Shown: positions 1 to 13,302, counted from the first letter of the stretch. The stretch: DNA of 64,000 nucleotides from Felis catus (GCF_018350175.1 NC_058373.1:100814001-100878000), one strand, 5' to 3'. The notes: generated by a model not told the origin, from the sequence alone. Program-made: numbers and translations.

Positions 1-140
1 CACCAAAATTCTTATCTAAATGTCAAAAACCAATGATATTGGTAAGAATGAATTTTTAGCTTTGTTCTTATTGCATATGTCTGTTGCAGGAGAATTAGAA
101 AACAGGGATTAGAGAGAAAATGTGTCTATAATTCATTAGA

Positions 141-250
141 ATTATATATATATATACATACATATATATATATATAAAATCTATTCTCTCTCTCTCTATA
201 TATATCTATATATATATAATCTATTCTATTCTATTCTATTTCTATTGTAT
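141..250. repeat. Compound (TA)n/(TC)n/(TTCTA)n microsatellite
   Basis: Directly visible simple repeats. Confidence 0.9.
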
Positions 251-399
251 TATATCACCCAGTGATAACCATTGTTAATATTTTGAGTAACTATGAAAGT
301 TTACATGATTTTGCCCATATGAATTGCAAAAATAGAAGCATTTGTAATTTTAATTCTATCTGCCTCCTGAAAGGAAATGTGAAACTGAATACTTTCACT

Positions 400-1670
400 T
401 ATATTTTTCATTGAGTTATAATTCACAGACAGTAAAATCCACCCTTTTTTAGTGTGCAGTTTTGGAAAAAGCATATAGTCATATAACAACCACACAAATC
501 AAGATGTAGAGCATTTGGATCAGTTCCAAAAGTTCTGTCATGTCTTTTTGTCATCAGTTCATCCCTGACTCCCAGATTCTGGCAACAATCCATCTTTTCT
601 TTGTCCCTATAGTTTCCTCTTTTACAGAATGTCGTAGAGTATGTAGGCTTTTAAGTCTGGCTTCTTTCACTCAGTGCGATACGTTCACCCGTCTTGTGTG
701 TACCAGCACTTTGTTCTTTTTATTGTTGAGTATTGTTCTATTGTTTAGATGAACCACAGCTTGTTGATCCATTTACCAGTTAAACGGCGTATGAGATGTT
801 TCTAGTTTTTGGTGATTATGAATAAAGCCACTATTGCAAACATTTGCATTCAGATTTTGGCTTGAAGATGTTTTCATTTCTTTTGTAGTTAGGAGAGGGC
901 TGCCCAATCATACAGTATGTGTGTATAACTTTCTGAGAAACAACCAAAGGGTTTTCCCCAGTGAATGAACCATTTTTCATTTCTAACAGCAAAGTATGAA
1001 AGTTCTCATTGCTCTGCATCTCTGTCAGCATCTGGTATTGTCAGGATTTTTTGTTTTTTGTTTTTTTTTAAGCCAAGCTAATAGATATGTAGTGGTATCT
1101 CCTCATAGTTTAAATTTGCATTTACCTAGTGACAAATGATGTTGAGCATCTTTGAATGTGCTTCTTTGTCATCTATCTATATGTCTTTTTTTGGTGAAGT
1201 GTTTACATCTTTTACCTATTTTTTTAATTGGGTTGTCTGTTTTCTTATTATTGCATTTTAAGAGTCCTTTATATATTTTGGATTAAAGCCCTTTATCACA
1301 TATTTGTGTTAGGAATATTTTTTTACAAGTCTGTGGCTTATTTTTTCATTTTTTTTATAGTGTCTTTTGATGAACAGGAGTTTTAGTTTTGATGAAGTTC
1401 AGCTTATCAACTTCTTTTGTGTATCATGTTTTTGTCTCATGTCCAAAAAATCATTGCCTAACCCAAGGTCTCAAGATTTTCTGCTATGTTTCCTTGCAGA
1501 GATGTATAGTCTTAGTTTTTACATTTAGGTCTATAGTTCATTTTAGGTTAGTTTTTATATATGGTATGAAGTATGGGTCAAGATGCATTCTTTAGCCTAT
1601 AGATGTCCAGTTGTCCCGGAACCATGTGTTGAAATGACTATCCTTTCCCCATTGAATTGCTTTTGCAACA
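400..1670 (-). mobile_element. Old LINE-1 (L1M-type) 3' UTR and ORF2 3' end
   Basis: Antisense L1 hallmarks such as gatgttgagcatcttt, gtgtcttttgatgaacag and ccatgtgttgaaatgactatcctttccccattgaattgc. Confidence 0.85.
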
Positions 1671-1913
1671 TTCCATTTTGGTAAATAACATAAACCAGTA
1701 ATTTGCATATATTGCCAATGCCAGTTCACAGGGGTCTATGGCTGGATCTGTTTTACGTGTCATATGTGTAACTGAGATGACAGACTATGTTTGGAGAGAA
1801 TCAGTACCTCTTAGAGCAGGTTAATTTTAACATTTTTCTCTAGTGTATCAGCAGATTCTACTCTATTTTGTGAGATCTGTTTACAAGTTCTGGTTTCCAT
1901 TAGAAAAAATATG

Positions 1914-1915
<2 letters not shown>

Positions 1916-1944
<29 letters not shown>
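1916..1944. repeat. (CA)n microsatellite
   Basis: Visible. Confidence 0.95.
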
Positions 1945-1947
<3 letters not shown>

Positions 1948-2349
1948 ACCATACACAGTCTTTGCCTTTGGGTTCATTTACTCAAAGTTTTCATAATTTT
2001 AAAACCAAAACTAGAAGAAATTCCTAATCTATGAATATTTGGAATTTAGAATGCATTTTTACATAGGAATAGTGTTTGTCAATGATGGTTACATACCCAG
2101 GCTATTCCATAAATATTTGATTCATCCATCAAGAAGAAATACCATACATTTATAATAAAGAGAAGAACCGGTGAGTAGATGGAGGTTGTAGAGATTATGA
2201 TGGGAACTTACTTAAAATATTTTCAGTATTACAGACATTGGTTCTCAAGTAGAACCATTTAGCCAAGAAAGTATGACTTTCATTTTTTTATATATGCGTA
2301 GCATGATTATTTTATACGTTACTCATGGTGGCATTGGACATGATATTCA

Positions 2350-2570
2350 TTAAATGCCCACTATGTGCAGATAAGTAGTAGTGCTTTTCTTAAGTTATTT
2401 AAATTAATTTCATTTCCATAACAATTCATAGTAGGCAATTTATCACCATTTTATAGTTTTGAAAACTCAGATTTAGAAAGCTTATGTAATTTGCTCAAGA
2501 TCTCGTAATTAATAAGTGGTGGATCTGGAATTCAAATCCAGTTGTGTCTCACTCCAGAGCTCACTGTTCC
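2350..2570 (-). mobile_element. MIR SINE
   Basis: Reverse MIR core ccattttatag..gaaaactcagatttagaaag..taatttgctcaagatc..ggaattcaaatccag. Confidence 0.75.
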
Positions 2571-3159
2571 TTGATGATTAAGGTGACCTCTTGGCTAGTA
2601 AAATAAGTGAGTGGAAGAGACATTTCCTTTCAAAGAGAGAGAGGGTGGGGAAGAATAAAGGGAGTTAAATGAGATGGATGTATATAAGTAGAAAAGCTTG
2701 CTTGAGGTAGGACTGAACGACTTGGGAGTGATGACTGTAAAGAGATGAACATGTTCTGCCAAGAAAAAAAAAGGAAGAAAGAAAAAAAATCCTTGAAGAG
2801 GGAAATAGGATAGGGCATAGGAAAGGGATGTGAAATAAACGAGTTCCTGTTTCTGACCACTAGGTGACACCATTGACAGAAAACACCTCGGTTGCAGTCT
2901 GGAGGTGGTGGTAATGGGGGTTGCATGGGGAGCACCAGGCAGGGAAGAGGGGAGAAGGCGGGCAAAAAGATTGTAGGGGGAAGTGGCAGTCCATCTCCAT
3001 AACGGACGTTTGAAGCAGCCAGGAATCATGTCAATCACATGGAGAATGCCTTAATGAGAAAGGGGTATAGCATATGGCCTGTTCGGGTGTCACTTTTAAT
3101 CTAAATGTGCATCACTGATATATCTGACAAACACCAAGTAGGGAGCCAGGGTAAGTGTA

Positions 3160-3400
3160 GGAGTTAAGAGCACAGAATCTGGAGTGTGATGCTGCCTCAT
3201 AGGTCTGCAGCCTGACGCTGCCACTACTAACTGTGTTATATTACACAAGCCATGTAACCGTTCTGAGCCTCAGTTTCCTTCTCTGTTACATGGGTATAAC
3301 AATATCACCTCAAAGAGGTGTTGTGAAGATCAAATGAAATAATAAGGTAAAGCACTTATAGTGCTTTCCTCAAAGCGCTTGTGAAGTGCTATCATTGTTG
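3160..3400 (+). mobile_element. MIR SINE
   Basis: gttaagagcacag..ctgagcctcagtttcctt..gttgtgaagatcaaatgaaataa. Confidence 0.8.
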
Positions 3401-4349
3401 TTCCTGTTGCTATCAGATGGAATCTCTAAAACAATGACAGCTCAATTAAAATCAAAGGTGAATAATTTAACTCAGTTCAAACAGTAAGAGAGGCTTTTTA
3501 GTTAATAGATTTTTTTTTTTACTTTTGTTGTGTGTAAACAAAAGGTTTGTGCTTGAGTTAGCACCGTATTTTCACCTCCAGGATGCCTTTTAATTTCATA
3601 ACAGAAGATAAAAAGGTTGTATTCTTGAACATCTTACTAAGAAACCACACAAATGTTGTAATATTCGTGGTCAATTCCAGGCAAAATTTCAAGACGAAAT
3701 TCATCTTTGAGACCTGCTCAGCTCTCACGTCCATCCATTTTGGTGCGTCTCATTCTCTATTCCCTTCTCTCTGCTCCCCTGACCCCTGACTGTCTCTTAT
3801 CCTCTCCCCAAGCTTCCAGTGATCTCATTCGGATCTTTAGCTGCTCCCAGCACCTGTACACCCAGAATGCTTTTCCTCTTATGTCTTCCCAGTCCCAAAG
3901 TTGCAAAATTACTTGTTCTGCATTCTCCCCATTCATGTTCAGCCAATCCCGCCAACTTGGCAATCAAAAGTTGGATTTGACTAATTCATAACAAATTGAG
4001 AATGAATGAATACTCTTACCATCCCCAGGAATGTTTGCATTTTGTAAATACCTTGTTACCAGAAATAGATCTACAGTTGATGGCATTTCAAGTCCTATGA
4101 GAAAGCTAACAAGAATTGTGAGCTCTGTGAATGAGAGTTTAGGAGGGGAGGGTCATCCTTAAATCACAGCATTTAGGTGGCCACCAAGGAAATACAGATG
4201 ATTGAAAATCACCAGAAACTCCGATATTTTTCATTTATTCAATACATTTACACATTTCAACTTCTTACCAATGTTGCTTGCACTTAGAAAACTAAATTCT
4301 CTTTACTCTCTTTTTATTTCTCTATTTTACCATTTTGCAACACTCTTCG

Positions 4350-4835
4350 TATGGCAGAGGCTCCAGATTACTCTCCAGTAGCCATTCTCTTTTCCTTCCA
4401 AAGTAATAAAACCCCTAATCTTATGGCCATCAGAATAACGGCTATATTCCTCAGCTTTGTGTGCAGCTGGGAGTGGTCATGCATTTACATTTTGGACAAT
4501 AGGATGCAAGCAAGAGTGTTGTTTGCAATTTAAGGGAATATCCTTAAAGGAGACGACTTACCCAACTCCTTCCCTTTTCTCCTTGCAGTTGGCTGGAAGG
4601 CAGATATAGAGACTAGAGCTCTAGACACCATCTTAGATCAGGCCACGGAAGTCCATTTCCTGGAAGTGACATAACAGAAAGTGGGAAGGAGCCTGGGTCC
4701 CTAATGACTTAATCCAATTACTATGCCAGCTTTGGTCTGCTGATCTCTGGAACTGTGACATAATAGAGAGAACTCTGTGTGTTTAAGCCACTGTTAATTT
4801 GTGTTTTTATCACATGCAGGTGAATTTCATTCTAG
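4350..4835 (+). mobile_element. MaLR (MLT1-type) solo LTR
   Basis: ggaaggagcctgggtccctaatgac and tgtgtttaagccactgtta, typical of MLT1 3' parts. Confidence 0.7.
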
Positions 4836-5013
4836 GTGCACGTAGCTAGTAGGAAGTTACGGTTGAACTAAACAACCAGCTCATGAATAACTGTGAATCC
4901 ATGAAAGTATAATTCAAATTCACGAAGACAATTTTTGTAGTTAGTATCTGTCATACACAGCCTAAATCTCTTAGCAGGGGGATCTCTGATTCCAATGATC
5001 TAGATTAGAGAAT

Positions 5014-5222
5014 GGCACTGTTCAACAGAACTTTCTGTGATAATGGAAAGTTCTGTATTAGGGTTATTTCTATGGAAGCCACTAGTCACACATGGCTATT
5101 AAACACTTGAAAAGGGGCTTTTGTGAATGAGAAACGGAATTTTAAATTTTATTTATTTGTAATTAATTTAAACTTGAGTGCCTACAGGTGGCTTATGGCT
5201 ACTTCATTGAATAGGATGGCTC
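5014..5222 (+). mobile_element. MER3-like hAT-Charlie MITE
   Basis: gcactgttcaacagaactttctgtgataatggaaa..agccactagtcacacatggcta..tggctacttcattgaatag. Confidence 0.85.
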
Positions 5223-6028
5223 TGACTCCCAGTTTGACTCATACTCAACACATTCACAATTTTCCTTGATTTGAGCTACATTTTAAGCAAGGAAACTGGA
5301 TCTCCAAAATGACCAATGGGTTGGTGAAGCCAGTTACAGCTAACTGAAGCTACTTCTTAGAAAAGTAGAGTGAGCATCAAAGAAAGGTTAAAATATCCCT
5401 TGCCCCCACAATAAGAATATGCCCAAATATATTTAGATGCTTCACACTACGTTGTTATAGAATCTTAAAACATGGAAGGTTGAAATACAGATTTGTTTCT
5501 TTTGGTAGCAACCATGAGAAACCACAGGTGGTGTGTGGTCGACCCGTGACCTTGTGCTATTGTCTCAATGACCCTACTGATTTCCAGGCTCATTCATTCC
5601 CGCATTTCTGGTGAATAAGGTCTCTTTCTGGTACCTCAGGTGTTCACTGAGATTACCGGGTTCTGCCTACAGGTGGCACAGTGTGAGCATGGCTATTTGT
5701 TCCGGAGCCGTTTCCATTCCAGTCTCTTTACATTCTTTGTAAAACTGTAAATGGCTAAAACAAATACCCTTTGCTGTTGGTTTAACTGTCATGCGTTCTA
5801 TCAACAGCCCTCACAGCCAGGGCTGTTATTAGCAAGGTGGACCCTGCTCATTTTCTAATTCTGCACTAGAAGCACAAGATTTGTAACAGCTGGTGGGGGG
5901 AAGCCGGGTGTCTCGGTGTTTGTGTGTGTATCAGGGAACCTGCCCTTAAAGAGGGCTTTCGGATTTAGAAAACAATGCTAGAATTCCAAAACAAGCCCAA
6001 GATCTTCATTCAGAGACCACACCTATTA

Positions 6029-6519
6029 TAGTAATCCCCTCTTATCTGTAGGAGATACGTTTTAAGACCCCCAGCTGATGCCTGAACTGCAGATAGTACC
6101 GAAGCCTATGTATACGATGTTTTTTTCTATACATATATACCTATGATAAAGTGTAATTTATAAATTAGGCACAGTAAGAGATTAACAACAACAGTAATAA
6201 AATAGAACAACATTATAACGATTATAATTATAATAAAAGTTATGTGAATGTGCTCGCTCTCTCTCACCATCTGTCTCAGTCTCTCTCAAAATATCTGATT
6301 GTCCTGTACTCACCCTTCTTCTTGCGATGATATGAGATGATAAAATACCTACATGATGCGATAAAGTAAGGTGAGTGACGTAGGCGTTGTGACGCAGCAT
6401 GAGGCAACTGCTAACCTTCTAGTGATTAGTCAGAAGGAGAATCATCTGCTCCTCCACCGCAGTTGACCTTGGGTAACTGAAACGTCAGAAAGCAAATCTG
6501 CTGATAAGGGGACGACTGC
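6029..6519 (-). mobile_element. MER44/Tigger-type Tc-mariner DNA transposon
   Basis: Inverted ends tagtaatcccctcttatctg and ctgataaggggacgactg, plus internal gttgaccttgggtaactgaaac. Confidence 0.8.
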
Positions 6520-6521
6520 CT

Positions 6522-6729
6522 GGGGCGCCTGGGTGGCTCAGTTGGTTGAGCGTCCGACTTTGGCTCAAGTCATTATCTCATGGTTTCTGAGTTTGAGCCC
6601 TGCGTTGGGCTCTGTGCTGACAGCTCAGAGCCTGGAGCCTGCTTCTGTGTCTTCCTTTCTCTCTGCCCCTCCCCGACTCATGCTCGCGCTCTCCCTCTCT
6701 CAAAAATAAACATAAAAAAAAAAAAAAAA
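6522..6729 (+). mobile_element. Can-SINE (feliform SINEC_Fc type)
   Basis: ggggcgcctgggtggctcag head, gtgctgacagctcagagcctggagcctg insert, CT tract and A tail. Confidence 0.95.
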
Positions 6730-7099
6730 GAGGGGACCACCTTATGTGTACACACACACACACGGAGTTTGTGTTGGATGTGTTAATTTTGTAAGCCAGT
6801 GGATTTCCTGGCTTATGAACTATTCAGTAAAGGAGTCTCCCTGACTTTCTGCTTAGATTCTAGAGATTAATGCTTGAGAGATAATAGGGAGGTGTATGAG
6901 TGGCTCTGGTTATCTTCTAAAGGCACAGAAACATTTATGCATTGACCTTTTTTCTTATGCATATCTTTTCCCATCCAGTCCAAGGGTTGACTGTATAGCT
7001 CAGGCCAGGTCGTTTTTTGTCACTACGGGTGAGGTACCACCTGGAAAATTTCTGTTCCTTCTGTGGGCTCAGAGAGTTTTGGTGCCATCCAGATTTAGT

Positions 7100-7280
7100 G
7101 ACTCCACACATCACTTCCTACATGTGTGATTTTTGGCAATTGTTTAACTTGTTGGTTTCTTTATCTTTAAAATGTGGGTAATAATAGCTCCTGCTGCATA
7201 GGGTCATTATGTGATTTAAGTGTGATAATGGAACTTAATGTGGTTAGTATTTTCCATGCAACAAAGTGTTCAATAAAGAT
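7100..7280 (+). mobile_element. MIR SINE
   Basis: tgtgtgatttttggcaa..tctttaaaatgtgggtaataatagctcct..atagggtcattatgtgattta. Confidence 0.65.
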
Positions 7281-8019
7281 ACAGGTATTACTAATGTACT
7301 GTTTCAAATTAGTGAACAAATGTATCATCACTCCTTTTATTAAAAAGCATTAAAGTGCCCACTTACACATATTCTAATTCCAATCATGCATAGTTACTGA
7401 CATCGACCCATACAAATAAAAAGTATGTAATTTGAACTACATTCATACGATCTGTAATTCAAATCAGGTTTATTTTTGTTTTTTGGTTTTTTTTTTTTGT
7501 TTTGTTTTTTTGAGGTGGGAAATGTTGGGGGATGCTCGGTTAGAAAATCACTTCACAGAAGTAAGTCAAGGCTGAAGTGTCAAAGGGGAATTCGTAGTTT
7601 TGAATGAAGACAAACCAGGTCAAATGCATTGTTAAGTACTAAGAATGTGCAGTAATTCATTTTTCCCCTGGAATATTAAATAAAATCCAGCTTAACTGAA
7701 TAAGGACACACAAAAATCTGAAATCATCCATCTAAGTAGGGTGAGAGAAAAACTTGCCCAGAAAAGGAATTAGTGTTACACTGGGCCCTGGAAAGCAGGA
7801 AACAGTGGAGGCAGAACTCTCAACTGGGACCCAGAGGACTATGGGAAAAAAAGTCAGCACAAAGTGTCAGAGTAGGTTCAGGGTCAGTCTGGATGTTGAA
7901 TGAATAAAAGGAACTGACGATCAAGGAATCTAGCACAGGCCCAAATAAATGTTGGTTAAATGAAAAAATTTTGGTGGCCTACTACTAGATTAATATTAAT
8001 CAAAACTACCATGCCCTTC

Positions 8020-8470
8020 CAACACGATGGCTTAAATAATGTAAACATTTATTTTTTCTCTCATGTACTAAAGTCTTGAGATAGAGAACTCATGGATATT
8101 TTAGTGGCTCCATGAGGTTAGGGATCCAGTATCTTTCCAGCTTACTCTCTACAATCCCTATGAAGTGGTCTTTGTCCTCACGGCCCAAGATGGTGGCTAG
8201 AATGCTAGTCATCATAACCATGTTCTAGATAGCAAGATGGAGGAAAGGAAAAGAGACAAAGAGCACACACCAGCTGTCCTTAAAGGAAATTTCCTGGAAT
8301 GTGTCACATAACAGTTTTGTTTACATCTTACTGGTCAGAATTTAGGCACAGGTCCTTAGCTCTAAGGTATGCTAGGCAGTGAGGTCTTTAGTTTTGTCAA
8401 GCACAGTCTGGAGTTCCATTATTAGAGAAAAGGAGAATGGATATTAGGCTAGGCAACCAGCAATCTCTAG
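8020..8470 (-). mobile_element. MaLR (MLT1-type) solo LTR
   Basis: tggcttaaataa..cccaagatggtggctag..gaatggatattaggctaggcaaccagcaatctct, the reverse of an MLT1 LTR. Confidence 0.65.
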
Positions 8471-9218
8471 TAGTATTCATTCACTTTCATCCTCTATCCT
8501 TACAGAACCTAGATTTTCCTTTAGGGACTTACCCCTCTTCCACTGTGTGTTAGAGAGCAGACTTGAAATTTGGGCAGGATTGATTTTGCTTCAAGCTCCA
8601 CAGGCAGACCCTGCTTGATTAACGGCAGAGAAGTGTGACACCTCTACTCTTTCCGAGAACTTGTATTAATCATTTTCTACCTGCAAAAGAAGACAAATCT
8701 GCTAAGTGTCTGACCAAGGAACACTTTCTACTGTCAAAGCAGTGAGATATACATATTACAACATTATGTTTATTAAATTCATGTTTATATAATATATACC
8801 TATAATACATAATATATATATTGTATCTTGACATTATATCCTTGACATTACTGTTTAGTAGGATCTGATCTATACTGTAGGCTTGGGACCAATGTGTATT
8901 GTTCCCCTTCTCTCTCTTTTCCAAATGGGATTTAAAAAAGTTGTCTTGTTTTCTCTGCACCATTGCATATCAAGTATATTGATGGAGGTTACTTCATCAC
9001 TTAGCCATGTGTCAGTGGGCCATGAGAAGTTAATGCAAGATTTATCAGAGTAGTCTGGCCATTTAGCCACAGTTCTTAGGCTTGGAGCTAGATTTAACTA
9101 CTTGGGGCATTGTGTCGTGTCCCATTGAGTGAATTCATTTTACATATGTGTGGACGATTTTGAAAGTACAGGTAGAGGGAGGTGAATATGTATGAATTTG
9201 GGTGGCCAAAGGGGTGGA

Positions 9219-9855
9219 CTGTGGAGGGCATTCATTGGCTGCTTACTTAATACTCATCCCCCTTTTTTCTCCTTCCTAACACTCTCCAGATTTTCATTTG
9301 AGTAATGACTTTTCCACCACTGTGTTGCAGCTATAGAGAATGGGGTAGGTTGATTTGAGAAAATTCAGATAATCCTACCCCACACCCCCACATTTGGCTT
9401 AGTGATAGGATCAGGTACCCAGGCCTGAGCCATCCAGGGTAGTTGTCAGTTCCCTGGCCATAAGATAGATTCATTGGTGGTCTAATAAGCACAAAGCCCA
9501 TAATTCTTATGTAATGATTTTGACACTGAGTCAAAATTCCCATCCATCTTTCTCTTTCTCCCTCTCCTCTTCCACCTTTCTCACCATGTTTTGGATATAA
9601 ACAAGGAAGCTAAAGCATGAATTGCTACTGACAGCTATCTTTTAACTAGGAAATGAGCCAGTTGAAGAAACAATCTGGCATACAGAAGAGAATAAATCTG
9701 AAAGAAGCAGAACCAGAATCCTGATCAAACCATACCCAAAGCTCACATTACTGCTGGCCTTGTCACTTAGTCAACCAATAAATCCTTTTTATTGTTGGTC
9801 GATTTGAATTGGCTAATCTGATACTTGCCAAACTGTATCAGCCTAAACTGATACA
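9219..9855 (+). mobile_element. ERVL/MaLR-type solo LTR (LTR16/MLT1K-like)
   Basis: Begins TGTGG and ends ctgataca; contains gaatcctgatcaaaccatacccaaagc and caataaatccttttt. Confidence 0.6.
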
Positions 9856-10279
9856 TGGATAGATAAAGAAATGAACCAGTTATTACACAGAAGCTTGAGG
9901 TCAGGTTGAAATCAGGGACTCAAACCAGATATGAGGTCCAGAGTACATAAATAGTCCCAGTGCTCTTTGAATAAGAAGCTGTACTTCGAACAAGAGTTCT
10001 TTATATAACAGAATCTAAAGGTAGTCTTCCCAGGGCTTGGTCGACAAAAGTTCGAAAGCTCAAAGTGTAGCTGTGTTGCAAATTATTGAGTGGGCCAGTG
10101 CAGAGAAGATTTTCATAGGAAAACTTGGAATTTAGGCTCATTCTCATGCTAGGGATACTTGTCTAATATTCAAAAACTTTCATAGAAGGTGTTAAGAGAA
10201 TAAAGAAATAGTAAAACAAAAAAAAGAAGAGGTAATCAATCAAGAATCAATTATTCTCAGAAAAGACGTAGCAAAATAT

Positions 10280-10820
10280 TATGGTTAAGAGTATGGACTT
10301 GGTGTTCAAACCTGATTTTTTTTTAATGTTTATTTGCTTTTTTGAAATATATAGAGAGAGACAGAAACAGAGTATGAGTGGGAGGTGGGGGGCGGGGGAA
10401 GGGGCAGACAGAGAGAGAGAGGAAGACACAGAATTTGAAGCATGCTTCTAGGCTCCATGCTCTCAGCACAGAGCCCGATGCAGGGCTCAAACCCTCGAAC
10501 CACGAGATCATGACCTGAGCTGAAGTAGGTCGTTTAACCGACTGAGCCACCAGGTGCCCCCAAACCTGATTTTTTAAATGCCTGGCTCTTCCACTGACTA
10601 GCAGCTCACCTAACACACTGAGCTTGTTTTTTTCATTTGTAAAATGAAAGAAAAATACCATCAACTTCTCTGAAGGTGGTTTGCCAATATTAAAGGTGAT
10701 ATTTTATGTGAGTTTGCAAATATTAAAGGTGATATTTTATGTGAGTTTGCAAATATTAAAGGTAATATTTTATGTGAGGCCTGGGACATAGAAAACTTCA
10801 ATTAGTGACAAGTAGTTGTT
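10280..10820 (+). mobile_element. MIR SINE interrupted by a Can-SINE and carrying a 33-bp triplication
   Basis: tggttaagagtatggac 5' part, then cctggctcttccactgactagc..catttgtaaaatg..cctgggacatag. Confidence 0.7.
10316..10560 (-). mobile_element. Can-SINE
   Basis: Reverse SINEC with target-site duplication (TSD) caaacctgatttttt on both sides. Confidence 0.95.
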
Positions 10821-11439
10821 ATTTTTCATTCATAGAACTAGGATCACACATTTTGGTAGAACTTCTGATAATCTGGGTGGACTGTAAGCTTTTGTGACTT
10901 TAGCAGGAAGGCTATCCTGGCATATTATGAACATTGCATTGGTGACCTTTGGGATTCTCTTGGTAATTTAATACTCCTCTTGCCAACTTTTGGGCAGGAA
11001 AGAGCCATCCTTAGAGTAATTCCTAATTTCCACTTGACCTGAGTCTCAATAGTTGCTTTACTGGAGTCACACTTGAGTTTTCTGGAAAGCAGATGAGAGC
11101 CAGTACTGAAATCACAGCGCCTGCCACATAGCCTCTCAATAAGTGCCATCTGAAGATCGGGCCAGCAAGTTGATCACTTTCCTTCAGACGTGACAATTAA
11201 AGGGTACTTTGGGAAGGGCACTGAAAGAGATAAATTCACCAGATTTTCTTATTGTTTCTACATTTTAAGACCTTTAGGCAGGAGTTCATTTATGGTCTGG
11301 AATGGGGTCTAAACTTCCTGTGGAAATGTCAAGTTGGCTATAGCCCATCTCGTCTAGAAATGGTTCTGCTCATGAACTGACCTCGAAGTTTCTCAGAGCT
11401 CCAGCCATAAGGAGGGCCATGGGTTAGTGGAAAGTTTCG

Positions 11440-11615
11440 CATTGTTGTTAGCACACTCTGAGGCCTAAGGCAAGCCATTTAACCTCTTGGTGTCTGGATT
11501 TCCTCATCTGAGAGCCAAGGATAATAATACTTCCCTACCTCACAGGTGTGTTGGGAGCATTAATTAATGTTTGTCTAGTGCACAGGGATCTGTGATGAAA
11601 GGCAAGCATCATTAT
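11440..11615 (+). mobile_element. Very old CORE-SINE (MIR3/MIR1_Amn-like)
   Basis: CORE ggcaagccatttaacctc..tttcctcatctg..ataataatacttccctacctcacagg, then attaattaatgtttg..gatgaaaggc tail. Confidence 0.55.
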
Positions 11616-12584
11616 TGTCGGTTCGCTGCAGGCAAGACTAGATTATAGTCCTCCAGATGGGTTGCATATGGGAAGTGGTTTTAGCAAAAGACTTTCCCAA
11701 ATGAAATACAGGCTTTAAGGTTTGGGGCCACTTCAAAAGAAAAGGTACCAGTGGAACTTCATCCTCTCCTTCTCGCCTTTGTTGGCTCAGGTTTTACTAT
11801 TGTGCCGAGTTACAAATCAGGATCAGAGAACTGTAAATTAATTTATGTGACAAGCGACATCTAGTTAGTTCGTTTCAGTGGGCTCTGCTCAGCATAGACT
11901 ATTCAAGATTCGATTAAGTAGGTAAGGTTACTGTTGCAGAAAACTCTTTATTCCTTGTGAAGAGTATGCATTGTACGGCGGCCAGTTAGTGGGTCTATCC
12001 TACGATAAGCAGGATAGACAAAACCATTGTGTTTTAACAGCACCAAGTGGACAAGTCAATTAGGCCAGAGTTTTCAATCTTTTCATTTTGTTTTAACTTC
12101 CTCCTCCCCACCCCCATTCTTTTAAAAATAGCCTTCCACACTAAAGAGCACTGGTATGTTCTTGAAAGCTTTTGAAGAGGACCACTTTGAGAAAGGACTT
12201 CTGGGAAAACAGAAAACAGGTTGTCTGGGTACATTAACGCCAAGGAAGAAGGAAAAAAAAATGTCTTTCTTGGGGACTAGACACATTTTTGTTTCCCCCA
12301 AAATTGGAAAAATTGATTCAGTTTGTACATTGTCCAATTAAAGGGAAAAATGAACATTTCTCTTCCCATGAGCAGAAGTGTATTTTCTCTTATAAGTACA
12401 AAAGAAAGAAAAAGAAAATATTTTATTAAAATTGTCACCCCAAGTAATAGGAAAACAAATAGAAGGAATCTCGCTGTTGGTTAATACACACTGCTGAGAT
12501 GTCCTGGAACAAAAAGTCTAAGGCAGAAATGAAAGTGATGAGAGTGCCTTTAATACATTTGATTGAGTTACAAAGCAAGTGGCA

Positions 12585-13100
12585 CATTCATTCATTATTT
12601 CAGCAAATATATACTTTTTAAAGTTTATTTATTTTGAGACAGAGAGTGCACATGTGGGGGAGGGGCCGAGAGAGAGGGACAGAGAGACTCCCAAGCAGGC
12701 TCCAATAATAGCAAGGAATCCTACATGGGACTGGATCTCAGTAACTGTGAGATCATGATTTGAGCCAAAATCAAGAGTTTGATACTCAACTGACTGAGCC
12801 ACCAGGTGTCCCCAGCAAATATTTATTGAGTGTATTCTAAGTGTTGGGCACTATTCTGAATACTGAGAAATGACTGATAAAGAACACAGACAGGGTCCTT
12901 ACTCTGGTGCAGCTTACATTTCAGTGTGGGAGACAGGAATACACACACACACACACACGCACACGCACACAATTGTAAATGCAGAGGGCTAAAATGAAGT
13001 GACAGGATAAAGAGGTTGGTGATGATTTAGTTTGGATGGCTGGAAAGCCCTCTCTGGTGGGGGGGGGGTCGCTTTCAGCTGATGAGGTCCCACAGTGGAG
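12585..13100 (-). mobile_element. L2 3' end interrupted by a Can-SINE
   Basis: cattcattcatt..cagcaaatatttattgagtg..gggcactattctg..cagcttacatttcagtgtgggagacag. Confidence 0.75.
12614..12812 (-). mobile_element. Can-SINE
   Basis: Reverse SINEC; TSD cagcaaatat. Confidence 0.9.
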
Positions 13101-13302
13101 CAAGCTGTAAGACTTAATGTTAGAAAATGACTTTGGTGTAAAGACACAGCCTTCAGTAGGTATGGGATGCAGCTTGGGATTCCAGCATATTCCTCCAGCG
13201 TAGTATCCAATTGTTTCTTCCCTAATATAGATTCCTCCATCTACTGTATGTAAAGGAAAGTGGATTATGTTTGGAACCATCAAATTATGATAGCTGGCTG
13301 TT

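Noticed and set aside
2595..3038. 147-aa and 111-aa minus-strand ORFs
   Set aside because: Stop-poor complement of a purine-rich low-complexity tract, with no convincing exon signals or domain
4020..4094. Minus-strand 75-nt AG..GTAAGA segment
   Set aside because: Isolated, downstream of the candidate poly(A) site and without compositional support; likely a pseudo-exon
5666..5680. CTCF-like CCTACAGGTGGCAC (and weaker matches at 25405 and 26030)
   Set aside because: Two or more core mismatches; expected by chance in 64 kb
10679..10777. 33-bp direct repeats as a CRISPR array
   Set aside because: No spacers, no cas genes, mammalian DNA
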